The translations under genes and the position numbers were made by a program. The notes beneath the pieces are model-generated. The model was not told the DNA's origin, made no database searches, and saw nothing but the letters and a program-made list of their open reading frames with translations. Of a stretch of 64,000 nt of DNA, positions 1 through 8,301 are shown one piece after another (the first letter of the stretch is position 1; every line of letters starts with the position of its first letter). This DNA is from an uncultured Clostridia bacterium (lineage in GTDB: Bacteria > Bacillota > Clostridia > Christensenellales > UBA1242): assembly GCA_934747255.1 (NCBI GenBank), contig CAKVGH010000005.1:7273-71272 (forward strand), read 5' to 3'.

Positions 1-392
1 AAATATTTTTTTTCGCTTTTTTCCAGCACTAAACTAGCACTTTGACTATATGCTCGAACTAGCCCACCTACTCCCAGTTTTACTCCACCAAAATATCTTA
101 CAGTTGCCACCAAGACATTTTTTACGCCCTGCTTTTGAATGCAATCTAAAATGGGTTTTCCTGCCGTTCCTTGTGGTTCGCCATCGTCACTACATTTTTG
201 CCCACCAGAGAGTAAGTCGTACGCATAGCAAATGTGTGTTGCATCATAGTATGCTCGTTCCAATCTGTCCAAATAATCTTTAACTTGACTGACAGAATTA
301 ACATAGTACGAATAAGTAATAAACTTTGATTTTTCGATAATAAGAATATTTTTCTCGTTTTGTTTAATTGTTAAGCACTTAACTTTATTCAT
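1..392 (-). CDS. yigZ: YigZ/IMPACT-family (UPF0029) protein, N-terminal ~130 aa; the 3' end lies outside the window
   Basis: Absent from the ORF track because it is open at the window edge. Reverse-strand translation from the ATG (A at 392) gives MNKVKCLTIKQNEKNILIIEKSKFITYSYYV...ATHICYAYDLLSGGQKCSDDGEPQGTAGKPILDCIQKQGVKNVLVATVRYFGGVKLGVGGLVRAYSQ. This contains the CYAY, SDDGEPxGTAGxP and RYFGGxKLGxGGLxRAY blocks typical of the family. Confidence 0.8.
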   Translation of the reverse strand, partial: MNKVKCLTIKQNEKNILIIEKSKFITYSYYVNSVSQVKDYLDRLERAYYDATHICYAYDLLSGGQKCSDDGEPQGTAGKPILDCIQKQGVKNVLVATVRYFGGVKLGVGGLVRAYSQSASLVLEKSEKKY

Positions 393-398
393 AACAAA

Positions 399-427
399 AT
401 TATATAGTTTTTTTTGAACTTTGTCAA
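399..427 (-). promoter_or_regulatory. Consensus promoter TTGACA-17-TATAAT; the -10 ends 6 nt before the yigZ ATG (leaderless geometry)
   Basis: Minus strand reads TTGACA (427..422), a 17-nt spacer aagttcaaaaaaaacta, TATAAT (404..399), tttgtt, then ATG (392..390). There is no SD. Confidence 0.7.
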
Positions 428-489
428 AATAAGCATTAACGATAAAACATAAAATAGGCATAAATTTAGTTTTTGTTGGTTTTTTTGTG

Positions 490-498
490 TGATATAAT
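490..498 (+). promoter_or_regulatory. Extended -10 element TGaTATAAT upstream of the NifU-like/GGGtGRT pair
   Basis: Plus strand reads tgtgTGaTATAATtt, about 38 nt upstream of the ATG at 536. The -35 is weak (TTGTTG, poorly spaced). Confidence 0.5.
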
Positions 499-535
499 TT
501 ATTTAGTTAATAATAATCATTAGGCGGTGAAAAGA

Positions 536-1207
536 ATGGATAATGAATGTATTGTAAAAAATATGAAAGGCTACGGTAATTCTCCAATCCCACAGGAAGG
601 CGAATGGACGCACGCAAAAGAAATAAACCAAATTAGTGGGTTGAGTCACGGAGTAGGTACTTGTGCTCCACAGCAAGGTGCTTGCAAACTTACATTAAAT
701 GTTAAAGAAGGAATTATTAAAGAAGCACTTGTTGAATGTGTTGGTTGTAGTGGTATGACTCACTCGGCAGCAATGGCTGGTGAAATTTTGTGCGGAAAAA
801 CTTTGCTTGAAGCACTCAATACCGACCTTGTTTGCGATGCCATAAACGATGCCATGAAGGAAATATTCTTTCAACTTGTCTATGGTAGAAGTCAATCAGC
901 CTTCTCACTCGGCGGTTTGCCAATCGGGGCTTGTATGGACGATTTAGGAAAAGACAAACAAAGCAAGGTTGCCACTATCTACTCTAACGAAAAAAATGGT
1001 GTTAAATACTTAACTACTACCGAAGGTTATATTTCCAAACTTGCACTTGACGAAAACAACGAAATTATCGGTTACGAATATATAAACACTCACAAACTTA
1101 TTCAGGAAATTAAAAATGGTAAAAAAGGCGAAGACGCATTGAAATCTGCAACAAAAACTTATGGCAGATTTAATGACGCTGTAAAATTTACTGACCCAAG
1201 AGAATAA
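536..1207 (+). CDS. NifU/IscU N-terminal-like Fe-S cluster scaffold domain protein with a C-terminal extension
   Basis: GVGTCAPQQGACKLTLNVKEGIIKEALVECVGCSGMTHSAAMAGEILCGKTLLEAL has the three-Cys IscU/NifU-N pattern. The ORF track starts at GTG 527; ATG 536 is preferred (AGG 11 nt upstream). It lies 11 nt upstream of the GGGtGRT gene. Confidence 0.7.
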   Translation: MDNECIVKNMKGYGNSPIPQEGEWTHAKEINQISGLSHGVGTCAPQQGACKLTLNVKEGIIKEALVECVGCSGMTHSAAMAGEILCGKTLLEALNTDLVCDAINDAMKEIFFQLVYGRSQSAFSLGGLPIGACMDDLGKDKQSKVATIYSNEKNGVKYLTTTEGYISKLALDENNEIIGYEYINTHKLIQEIKNGKKGEDALKSATKTYGRFNDAVKFTDPRE

Positions 1208-1218
1208 AGGAGATAGTT

Positions 1219-2217
1219 ATGAATTTTGAAAGTTATGATTATAAAATCGAAAAAATAAACAAAACACTTGCCTTGAATGGAATAAAAGACCTTGATGAAG
1301 CAAGAAAAATTTGCTTAAATCACAACATTAGTGTTGAAGATGTCGTAAGGAACATTCAACCAATTTGTTTTGATAATGCTGTTTGGGCATATACTCTTGG
1401 CTGTGCGATAGCCTTAAAAAGCAACAAAACACACGCAAAAGATTTAGCAGAAGAAATCGGAAAGGGATTGCAAGCCTTCACCACAAAAGGCAGTGTTGCA
1501 GAAACACGAAAAATTGGCACAGGTCACGGACAACTAGCCAGCAAATTGCTTGACGAAAAAACCAAATGTTTTTGCTTTTTGGCAGGTCACGAAAGTTTTG
1601 CCGCAGCAGAAGGTGCTATTGCCATTGCAAAATACGCAAACCTTGTTAGAAAAACCCCATTAAAAATTATCCTTAACGGATTAGGCAAAGACGCAGCCTA
1701 TATCATCGCAAGAATAAATGGCTTTACTTTTGTTCAAACCGAATACGACCACAAAAAAGATATGCTTAAAATCGTAAAGGAAATTAAGTTTTCATCAACC
1801 GAAGGGGCTAATGTTAGAATTTATGGTGCCTATGACGCAATGGAAGGACTCGCTATTATGAAATATGAACAGGTTGATATTTCTATCACTGGTAACTCCA
1901 CCAATCCAACAAGATTTCAACACCCAGTCGCTGGAACATATCGTATGTGGTGTATGGAAAATGGCAAGGAATATTTTAGTGTTGCAAGTGGTGGCGGAAC
2001 AGGTAGAACTCTCCACCCTGACAATTTGGGGGCTGGCCCTGCAAGTTACGGCTTAACCGACCTTATGGGACGAATGCACGCAAATGTTCAATTTGCAGGC
2101 TCATCATCTGTTCCCGCCCATGTTGAAATGATGGGATTTATTGGAATGGGCAACAACCCAATGGTTGGAGCAACAGTAGCACTTGCAGTTTTATGTGAAA
2201 AAAATAAAAATATTTAA
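1219..2217 (+). CDS. GGGtGRT family protein (function unknown)
   Basis: Contains the eponymous motif in SVASGGGTGRTLHPDN. SD AAAGGAG lies 8 nt upstream. The gene is about 330 aa, typical of the family. Confidence 0.85.
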   Translation: MNFESYDYKIEKINKTLALNGIKDLDEARKICLNHNISVEDVVRNIQPICFDNAVWAYTLGCAIALKSNKTHAKDLAEEIGKGLQAFTTKGSVAETRKIGTGHGQLASKLLDEKTKCFCFLAGHESFAAAEGAIAIAKYANLVRKTPLKIILNGLGKDAAYIIARINGFTFVQTEYDHKKDMLKIVKEIKFSSTEGANVRIYGAYDAMEGLAIMKYEQVDISITGNSTNPTRFQHPVAGTYRMWCMENGKEYFSVASGGGTGRTLHPDNLGAGPASYGLTDLMGRMHANVQFAGSSSVPAHVEMMGFIGMGNNPMVGATVALAVLCEKNKNI

Positions 2218-2226
2218 TAAAAACAC

Positions 2227-2257
2227 AAAAAAAGAGCAAAATTTTGCTCTTTTTTTA
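2227..2257. terminator. Bidirectional rho-independent terminator between convergent genes
   Basis: aaaaaaAGAGCAAAATTTTGCTCTttttttt is a perfect 9-bp palindromic stem flanked by an A-run and a T-run. Confidence 0.75.
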
Positions 2258-2297
2258 TTTTTCAAATATATTTTATGACTTTTTTACGTTTTTGATT

Positions 2298-2885
2298 TTA
2301 CATATCAGCAAATTCATCACTCAAAACATCTTCTTCATCGTACTTATCAAATTGCACATTTGACAAATCTTTTGTTTTTAGAGTTTCTTCATACACTTTC
2401 AATCTACCTACCGCATCTAACAAACATCTTTCATAGTTATCAATAAAATATTTTGTAAAATCGTTAAATTCAACTTGCTTGAAAGCCTTGTCTGTGTTGT
2501 TGAGATAAACATCAAAAATGTCTTTTAATTGCATTTTTGTTTTTAACGAAATAAAATTTTCAGCGTTATACACTTTTTTTATAAATTTATCGTCAAGTTC
2601 ACATTCCTTTTGGTCAGCAAAAATACTAAAGATTATTTTTATTCTAGTGCTAACTTTTTGAATATCTCTATCAACATCTTGATACATACTATTTAATAGT
2701 TTGATAAGTCTTTTTCGTTTGAAATACCCATTGTCATTCACTGACCCCAAATCGTTTTTGTTTGCTTCATTAAGCATGTTTTTTATTCTATCAACTAGAC
2801 CAATCGAATATAGCACATTTGGGCTTATTCTTTTTACAAACTCCGTTTTTGGTTCATATAAAAATTCATAGTCTTTTTCGTTCAT
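2298..2885 (-). CDS. Hypothetical protein with an acidic C-terminus
   Basis: 195-aa ORF with SD AGGGGG and its own TTGACA-17-TAAAAT promoter. No family motif recognised. Confidence 0.6.
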   Translation of the reverse strand: MNEKDYEFLYEPKTEFVKRISPNVLYSIGLVDRIKNMLNEANKNDLGSVNDNGYFKRKRLIKLLNSMYQDVDRDIQKVSTRIKIIFSIFADQKECELDDKFIKKVYNAENFISLKTKMQLKDIFDVYLNNTDKAFKQVEFNDFTKYFIDNYERCLLDAVGRLKVYEETLKTKDLSNVQFDKYDEEDVLSDEFADM

Positions 2886-2906
2886 TTTGCCCCCTAATAT
2901 ATTTTA

Positions 2907-2935
2907 ATTTTACAATACTTGATTGTATATGTCAA
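2907..2935 (-). promoter_or_regulatory. Promoter TTGACA-17-TAAAAT for the 2298..2885 gene
   Basis: Minus strand reads TTGACA (2935..2930), a 17-nt spacer and TAAAAT (2912..2907), 21 nt before the ATG and upstream of the AGGGGG SD. Confidence 0.65.
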
Positions 2936-3253
2936 TACTGAATTTTTTTAAGAATACAATTAAAATATCAAAAAGGATTTTCTTATCTAAAAATTGATTT
3001 AGTAAAATATGGAAAGCACAATTATGATTGGTAGTAGTTTTACTATATAAAAATTCTATACCACAAAGCAAAAATTTAGAGTTGATATTTGCAGATTTTG
3101 TTATCGCAAAGCCAGTTATTATTTCAAATCAATTTTGTTTTTTCTAAATAGCAATAAAAAAAATTGGTTTATTACGGGTTTTGCTGTTTTTTGTTTATGG
3201 TTGTTGTTTTTTGTTATAATGTAAAATCAACTAAATATTACTGTTTTTATTAA

Positions 3254-3300
3254 AAAAATAGCAAAATTCCACTATTTTTTTAGAAAATTTTGCTATTTTT
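3254..3300 (-). terminator. Terminator hairpin downstream of rsmI (15-bp stem)
   Basis: aaaaatagcaaaatt (3254..3268) is the exact reverse complement of aattttgctattttt (3286..3300). The loop is 17 nt and A/T runs flank both sides. Confidence 0.6.
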
Positions 3301-3339
3301 TATGTTTTTTGATAAATTTTTTTACACTTTATATAAATT

Positions 3340-4155
3340 TTATTTTTTATTAAGTAACATTTGATATATTTCGTTTTTAGGAACACCCCTTTCTTTTGCT
3401 ACTTTTTTTATCGCTTCATTTTTATCAAAACCAAGTTTTTTATAATACTCAAAATGTTCATCAACAGACATTTTGTTTTGCTCATTATCAAATGGGTCTT
3501 GTGCTGGTTTTACAATAAGCACATATTCTCCCCTTGGCTCTTTTTGGTAGCCCGTGTCCAAATCAAAGTATTCCACTTGCTCGTGAATTTTAGTTATTTC
3601 TCTAACCGTTACACACTCTCTATTGCCAAAAACTTTTTTTAAGGCATCTAGTGTTGCTAAAAGTTTGTGGGGCGCAACATAAAATATCAAACTTTGATTT
3701 ACTGATTGCAATTTAGTTAGCAACTTTTTTTCTTCCTTTTTGTTATCTGGTAAAAAACCAACAAACATAAAAGGTGTTTCCAGCCCTGTAAGCGCTACTG
3801 CACTAACAAACGCACACGCCCCCGGAATAACAGTATATTCAATTTGATTTTCTACCAAAGAACTTATCAACTCACTACCCGGGTCACTAATGCAAGGCAT
3901 ACCAGCATCACTAATTAAAGCCAAGTTTTTTCCAGCAAGCAATTTTTCAATAACTTTTGGTGTTGCCGTTTTATAGTTAAATTTATGAAAACTAGATAGT
4001 GGCTTTTTAATATCATAATGATTAAGCAGTTTCAAACTGCTTCGAGTATCTTCACACAATATTTCATCGACATTTTTTAGTGTTTCCACCGCCCTGAATG
4101 AAATATCCCCTAAATTGCCAATAGGCGTAGCAACAAAGAAAAGTTTTCCTTTCAT
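3340..4155 (-). CDS. rsmI: 16S rRNA (cytidine1402-2'-O)-methyltransferase
   Basis: MKGKLFFVATPIGNLGDISFRAVETLKNVDEILCEDTRSSLKLL is the typical RsmI N-terminus (tetrapyrrole-methylase fold). SD AGGAG. Confidence 0.9.
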   Translation of the reverse strand: MKGKLFFVATPIGNLGDISFRAVETLKNVDEILCEDTRSSLKLLNHYDIKKPLSSFHKFNYKTATPKVIEKLLAGKNLALISDAGMPCISDPGSELISSLVENQIEYTVIPGACAFVSAVALTGLETPFMFVGFLPDNKKEEKKLLTKLQSVNQSLIFYVAPHKLLATLDALKKVFGNRECVTVREITKIHEQVEYFDLDTGYQKEPRGEYVLIVKPAQDPFDNEQNKMSVDEHFEYYKKLGFDKNEAIKKVAKERGVPKNEIYQMLLNKK

Positions 4156-4592
4156 ATTTCTCCTTTCACATTTATTTTATTTATTATTATAGAATATAGT
4201 ATAAATTTTATAAAACTAATTATCACAAAATGTAAATCATATATTATGCTTTACTTAATAAAGTTTTAATATGTTTTTACAAATTAAAGTTAAATAAAAT
4301 TTCTTCTACTACTTACAAATTTTTTAGATTATTAGAAGCAAATTTTAATCTATAATATAAACAAAAAACTGATTTTTTCAAAATTTTAGCATTTTTTTCG
4401 AGTTTTTTCTGCATTTTTTGTACTTTTTTTAATATTTTTATAAATATCGTTCCATTTATACTATAAAAATAAACACTTGCATTTTCCCCTAAAATAAACA
4501 ATATTTTTCTTTACAAAATATTTTTAGACTTATAACTATAAGTTTTTCTGTCATTTTTTTTTGCAAAGTTTTCAAAACTAAACAAGCATTTT

Positions 4593-5309
4593 TTAATTAG
4601 TTGTTTTTGTAACAAGCACGCCACTTTTTGCACCTTTGACGGCTTCTACCAAAACAACATTGCTCAAACTTTTTTGTGCTGGATAACAAAATTCCATCTT
4701 TTTTGCTTCCATTCCATATTTTTTAAGAGTTAAAATTATTTCAGTTATTCTATTTGATTGATGAACAAAATAAAATTTTCCACCAAATTTAAGAATTTTT
4801 GATGCACTCGAAATCAACTCATCAAGTGACAAAAATAACTCATACTTACACATTGCAATTTCTTGTTTTTCAGTAACATTGTGATTTTCAGCAACCTTAT
4901 AAGGTGGGTTACACACTACAACATCAACGCTTCCATGTCCAAACTCATTGACTGCATCTTGAACTTTTAGTTGATGAACATCTATTTTGTCTTGCAGTCC
5001 ATTAAACCTAATAGTTCTATTTGCCATATCGCAAAAAGATGATTGAATTTCCACTAAATGCATTTTTTTGCAATTATTTTTGGCATATACAAGTATGCCA
5101 ACAATACCACTACCCGAGCAAAAATCAACTACAATATCGCTTTTTTTGGCTTTAACGAAATTGGCGAGTAAAACGGCATCACTTGTGAAGCAATACTTTG
5201 TTTTGTTTTGAATAATATACAAATTGTTATATTGCAAATCATCTAGACGCTCATTATCTTGCAAAACTAATTTTTCGTTACTTATCATTTCCGTTTTCCA
5301 CTTTATCAT
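4593..5309 (-). CDS. Class I SAM-dependent N6-adenine methyltransferase, YabB/TrmN6-like (tRNA1(Val) m6A37 type)
   Basis: Has the DFCSGSGIVG SAM motif and the VVCNPPY catalytic motif. It is syntenic with ricT/holB/tmk, like Bacillus yabB. The start is uncertain: ATG 5309, or ATG 5288 (MISNEK...). Confidence 0.75.
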   Translation of the reverse strand: MIKWKTEMISNEKLVLQDNERLDDLQYNNLYIIQNKTKYCFTSDAVLLANFVKAKKSDIVVDFCSGSGIVGILVYAKNNCKKMHLVEIQSSFCDMANRTIRFNGLQDKIDVHQLKVQDAVNEFGHGSVDVVVCNPPYKVAENHNVTEKQEIAMCKYELFLSLDELISSASKILKFGGKFYFVHQSNRITEIILTLKKYGMEAKKMEFCYPAQKSLSNVVLVEAVKGAKSGVLVTKTTN

Positions 5310-6135
5310 TCTTATTAACTGGTTCTATTTCTTCCAAATCATAATCAAGTATGTCGTAATCATTTTCGCCACGGAAAATCTTTACCGAAACTTGTTTTTT
5401 TAGCAAGTTGTTATAGACAACAACTCCTTCGCCATCTTTTGTTTTTACAATAGAATTAAGTTTTGGCATAATTTTTATCAATTCAACATACTGGTCGTTT
5501 TCATAAGTCAAACAGCACATAAGCCTTCCGCAAAGTCCGTTTATGTTTGTTGGGTTGAGTGAAATACCTTGATTTTTTGCCATTTTGATATTAACTTTTT
5601 CAAAGTCACGCAAAAATCTTTTGCAACACACTTCTCTACCGCAAGGTCCAATACCGCCTAGCATTTTGGCTTTATCTCTAATGCCAACTTGTCTTAACTC
5701 AATTCTTGTTTTAAGTTCGCCAGCAAGTTGTTTTACAAGTTCCCTAAAATCAACTCTATCATCAGCCGTAAAACTAATGATAACTTTGCTTTCATCAAAA
5801 GCATATTCACTATCAACTATTTGCATTTTTAGTTTTAACTTTTCGCTTTGACGCTTTGCACATTGCAACGCTTTTTGTTCTTTTTCTTTTAATCTTTCTA
5901 GCGTTTTTAAGTCATTTTGATTGCACTTTCTAACAACCCTTTTTAATGGTTCTAAAAGTTCTTTTTCGTCAATCATTTTGTTTGCTATGGCAATTTCGCC
6001 CGCACTCAATCCGTGACTCGTTTCAACAATGACTTTATCGCCAACTTTATATTCGTTATTTTGTGGGCTAAAATAGTAAACTTTTCCGCCATAACTTCCT
6101 TCAAATTTTACTCCCACTATTTTTTGTTCTGCCAT
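5278..6135 (-). CDS. ricT: PSP1 domain protein (YaaT/RicT-like)
   Basis: N-terminus is VGVKFEGSYGGKVYYFSP. A Cys-rich segment GPCGREVCCKRF...GLCGRLMCCLTYE is typical of YaaT. It lies downstream of holB, as in Bacillus. Confidence 0.85.
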   Translation of the reverse strand: MAEQKIVGVKFEGSYGGKVYYFSPQNNEYKVGDKVIVETSHGLSAGEIAIANKMIDEKELLEPLKRVVRKCNQNDLKTLERLKEKEQKALQCAKRQSEKLKLKMQIVDSEYAFDESKVIISFTADDRVDFRELVKQLAGELKTRIELRQVGIRDKAKMLGGIGPCGREVCCKRFLRDFEKVNIKMAKNQGISLNPTNINGLCGRLMCCLTYENDQYVELIKIMPKLNSIVKTKDGEGVVVYNNLLKKQVSVKIFRGENDYDILDYDLEEIEPVNKNDKVENGNDK

Positions 6136-7073
6136 TTTTCCTCCAATATTTTTAGTAGAAAACTATCTACTATTCCAGACAAATTACCATTATATTTTAT
6201 TTTATCAAATACCAAATTTATTTCATTTTGAATATTAAGGCAAGCCCTTGTTGTATAAACTAAACTTGCTTTTTTTAGTTTTTCAATTGAAAATTTGTTT
6301 TGAACTACATCTTCATTTTTGCAGTTGATTTTAACTATATCAAATAAAAAATTATTAAAAATTGTTAAAATTTCAACAAAATTTTGCTTATTTTGTGATA
6401 ATTTTATAGAAAATTCTAACATTTGCTTACTATTTACAAAATTTAGTAACAAATCTAATGCCATATAATAGTTATCAAAAAAGTTACTTTCTTGCTTAAT
6501 TTGTTCCAAAAGAGTAATGCTTCCATTACAATTTTCCATCAAAATTTGTGCTTTTGATTTTTCCACTCCATCTAGTAGCAACATTAAATCGTTATTATCA
6601 AATTTGCTAGGCGAAATAACTTCACATCTAGATACGATAGTAGGAATAACTTTTGATATGCTTTTTGCAAGCAACAAAATTTTTACAAACTTTGGTGGTT
6701 CTTCGAGTGTCTTTAATAATTTGTTTTGGATAAGCAAACTTGCATCATCAAAATTTTTTATAATTACAACTTTATACTCGTTTTCCGCTGGAATTATATT
6801 GATTTTATCAAGCAAATCACTAATGTCTTCCATCAAAAGGTTTGTTCCCTTTGGATAAATCAGCGTGTCTAGACTATTGTTTGATATTATTTTTAAGCAA
6901 CTACTGCAAATTCCACAAGGCTTTTGAGTTTGCTTACAACACAAATTCATAGCATACAACTTTGCTAAATTTTCACATAAGACGGTATCAGCCGAATTTA
7001 GTAATATAGCATGGCTTGTGCTATCAAATAATCTTTCAAACCTATCTTTGTAATTTAGTATAAAATTAAGCAT
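6117..7073 (-). CDS. holB: DNA polymerase III delta' subunit
   Basis: Has the Zn-module-like CGICSSCLKI and the LLKTLEEPP and SRC motifs. It overlaps the tmk stop by 8 nt. Confidence 0.8.
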   Translation of the reverse strand: MLNFILNYKDRFERLFDSTSHAILLNSADTVLCENLAKLYAMNLCCKQTQKPCGICSSCLKIISNNSLDTLIYPKGTNLLMEDISDLLDKINIIPAENEYKVVIIKNFDDASLLIQNKLLKTLEEPPKFVKILLLAKSISKVIPTIVSRCEVISPSKFDNNDLMLLLDGVEKSKAQILMENCNGSITLLEQIKQESNFFDNYYMALDLLLNFVNSKQMLEFSIKLSQNKQNFVEILTIFNNFLFDIVKINCKNEDVVQNKFSIEKLKKASLVYTTRACLNIQNEINLVFDKIKYNGNLSGIVDSFLLKILEEKWQNKK

Positions 7074-7683
7074 TTATAACATTTTCCTTTTTTAATACTT
7101 CTATAACTTTGTTTAACACTTCTTCTTTTGGCATAGTAGCGTCTATTTTTACAAATCTATTTGGTTCTTTTTTGCAAAGGAGATTATAACCTTCTCTAAC
7201 CTTTTTGTGATACTCAATGCCCGCTTGTTCAAAAACATCGCCTTTGTCTGCTCCGCCCTTGCGTTCAAATGCTTTTTGTGGGTCAATATCCAAAAAGAAT
7301 GTTATTTGTGGATAGCATTCGCCTACGGCAGTTTTTGTTATTTGCATAATGGTTTCATCTGCAAGGTGTCCACAATATCCTTGATAAACTCTTGTAGAAT
7401 CAAAAAATCTATCACAAAAAACAATTTTGCCTAACTTGATTGCTGGCGAGATTAAATTTTCACATAAGTGACTTCGGCTAGCGGAAAATAAAAGCAACTG
7501 TGTTTTTGGTGACAACTCACTTTGTTTTAGTATCTGTCTAATTTTTTCACACTCAACCAAACCGCCCGGTTCTCTTGTAACAACATAGTCAATATTTTTT
7601 GATTGGCAATAATCAGCAAGCGAGCCAATTAAAGTTGATTTTCCTGAACCTTCTCCACCTTCAAAGGTTATAAAATTTTGCAT
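7066..7683 (-). CDS. tmk: dTMP (thymidylate) kinase
   Basis: Has the FITFEGGEGSGKST P-loop, TREPGG and DRF motifs. SD GAGGTGA. Confidence 0.92.
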   Translation of the reverse strand: MQNFITFEGGEGSGKSTLIGSLADYCQSKNIDYVVTREPGGLVECEKIRQILKQSELSPKTQLLLFSASRSHLCENLISPAIKLGKIVFCDRFFDSTRVYQGYCGHLADETIMQITKTAVGECYPQITFFLDIDPQKAFERKGGADKGDVFEQAGIEYHKKVREGYNLLCKKEPNRFVKIDATMPKEEVLNKVIEVLKKENVINA

Positions 7684-7728
7684 ATTTCACCTCAATAATA
7701 TTTTATCACAACCTAGCATTTGTACAAA

Positions 7729-7753
7729 ATAAAAAAGCAAGTATTAAACTTGC
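7729..7753 (-). terminator. greA terminator
   Basis: Minus-strand RNA reads GCAAGU-UUAAU-ACUUGC followed by UUUUUU. Confidence 0.7.
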
Positions 7754-7759
7754 TAATTA

Positions 7760-8230
7760 TTAAAAACCAATACTTAAAATTTTATATGTGCTTTCGCCAC
7801 CAGGTGTTTGAACTTTTACAATATCGCCGACCTTTTTGCCAAGCAAAGCACTACCTACTGGACTAGTGTTTGAGATTTTTCCAGCAAGTGGGTCACTTTC
7901 GTCTTCGCCCATAATTTTGTATTCAACTTCTTCTTCAAATTCTTCGTCATAAAGTTTTACTGATGAGCCAACTTGAACAATGTGAGCAGACAAATCGTCT
8001 TGCGAAATGATTTTTGCATACTTAATTTTGTTTTCCATCTCGATAATCTTTGTTTCGAGTTGTGCTTCTTTAAGTTTAGCAGCATCATACTCACTATTTT
8101 CTGAAAGGTCGCCGTAACTTTTAGCTTCGCCAATCATTCTTTGAACTTCTTTTCTTTCAACAGTTTTCATTCTTTCTAGTTCTGCTTTGATTTTTTCCAA
8201 TCCTTCTTGTGTTATAAAAATTTCTTCCAT
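7760..8230 (-). CDS. greA: Transcription elongation factor GreA
   Basis: MEEIFITQEGLEKIKAELERMKTVERKEV...YGDLSENSEYDAAK. Start trimmed to ATG 8230 (SD AAGGGG); the 17-codon ORF-track extension covers the leader. Confidence 0.92.
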   Translation of the reverse strand: MEEIFITQEGLEKIKAELERMKTVERKEVQRMIGEAKSYGDLSENSEYDAAKLKEAQLETKIIEMENKIKYAKIISQDDLSAHIVQVGSSVKLYDEEFEEEVEYKIMGEDESDPLAGKISNTSPVGSALLGKKVGDIVKVQTPGGESTYKILSIGF

Positions 8231-8251
8231 AATTACCCCTTTTTTAGTAAT

Positions 8252-8278
8252 AAAAAAGCAAATTCGCCATTGAATTGC
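8252..8278 (-). promoter_or_regulatory. Terminator-like hairpin plus U6 inside the greA 5' leader (possible attenuator)
   Basis: RNA reads GCAAUUC-aauggc-GAAUUUGC (7 bp with one bulged U) followed by UUUUUU. It lies between the greA promoter and the greA SD. Confidence 0.45.
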
Positions 8279-8301
8279 CAAATGTTTTTTATTGATATTG
8301 A

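Noticed and set aside
352-363. A third copy of the 12-nt operator core TTCTCGTTTTGT inside the yigZ coding region.
   Set aside because: Only the 12-nt core matches and the flanks differ. A single such match in 64 kb of AT-rich sequence could be chance. It is mentioned under the switch finding but not called as a site.
4313-4501. A 62-aa minus-strand ORF in the rsmI-yabB spacer, considered as a real CDS.
   Set aside because: It has a TTG start and no SD or promoter, and its composition is extremely K/L/F-rich. It is kept only as a possible decayed remnant in the findings.
8231-8281. N-terminal extensions in the ORF track for greA (to 8281), the 8386 gene (to 9552), uvrC (to 21841), rpsM (to 28299), rpsJ (to 41079), the DUF1858 gene (to 41671), the SPFH gene (to 43693), the XRE gene (from 54390), the DUF378 gene (from 9653) and whiA (to 16089).
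   Set aside because: In each case a downstream ATG has a proper SD or a -10-N6 geometry, and the conserved family N-terminus begins there. Several of the extensions contain the gene's own promoter.
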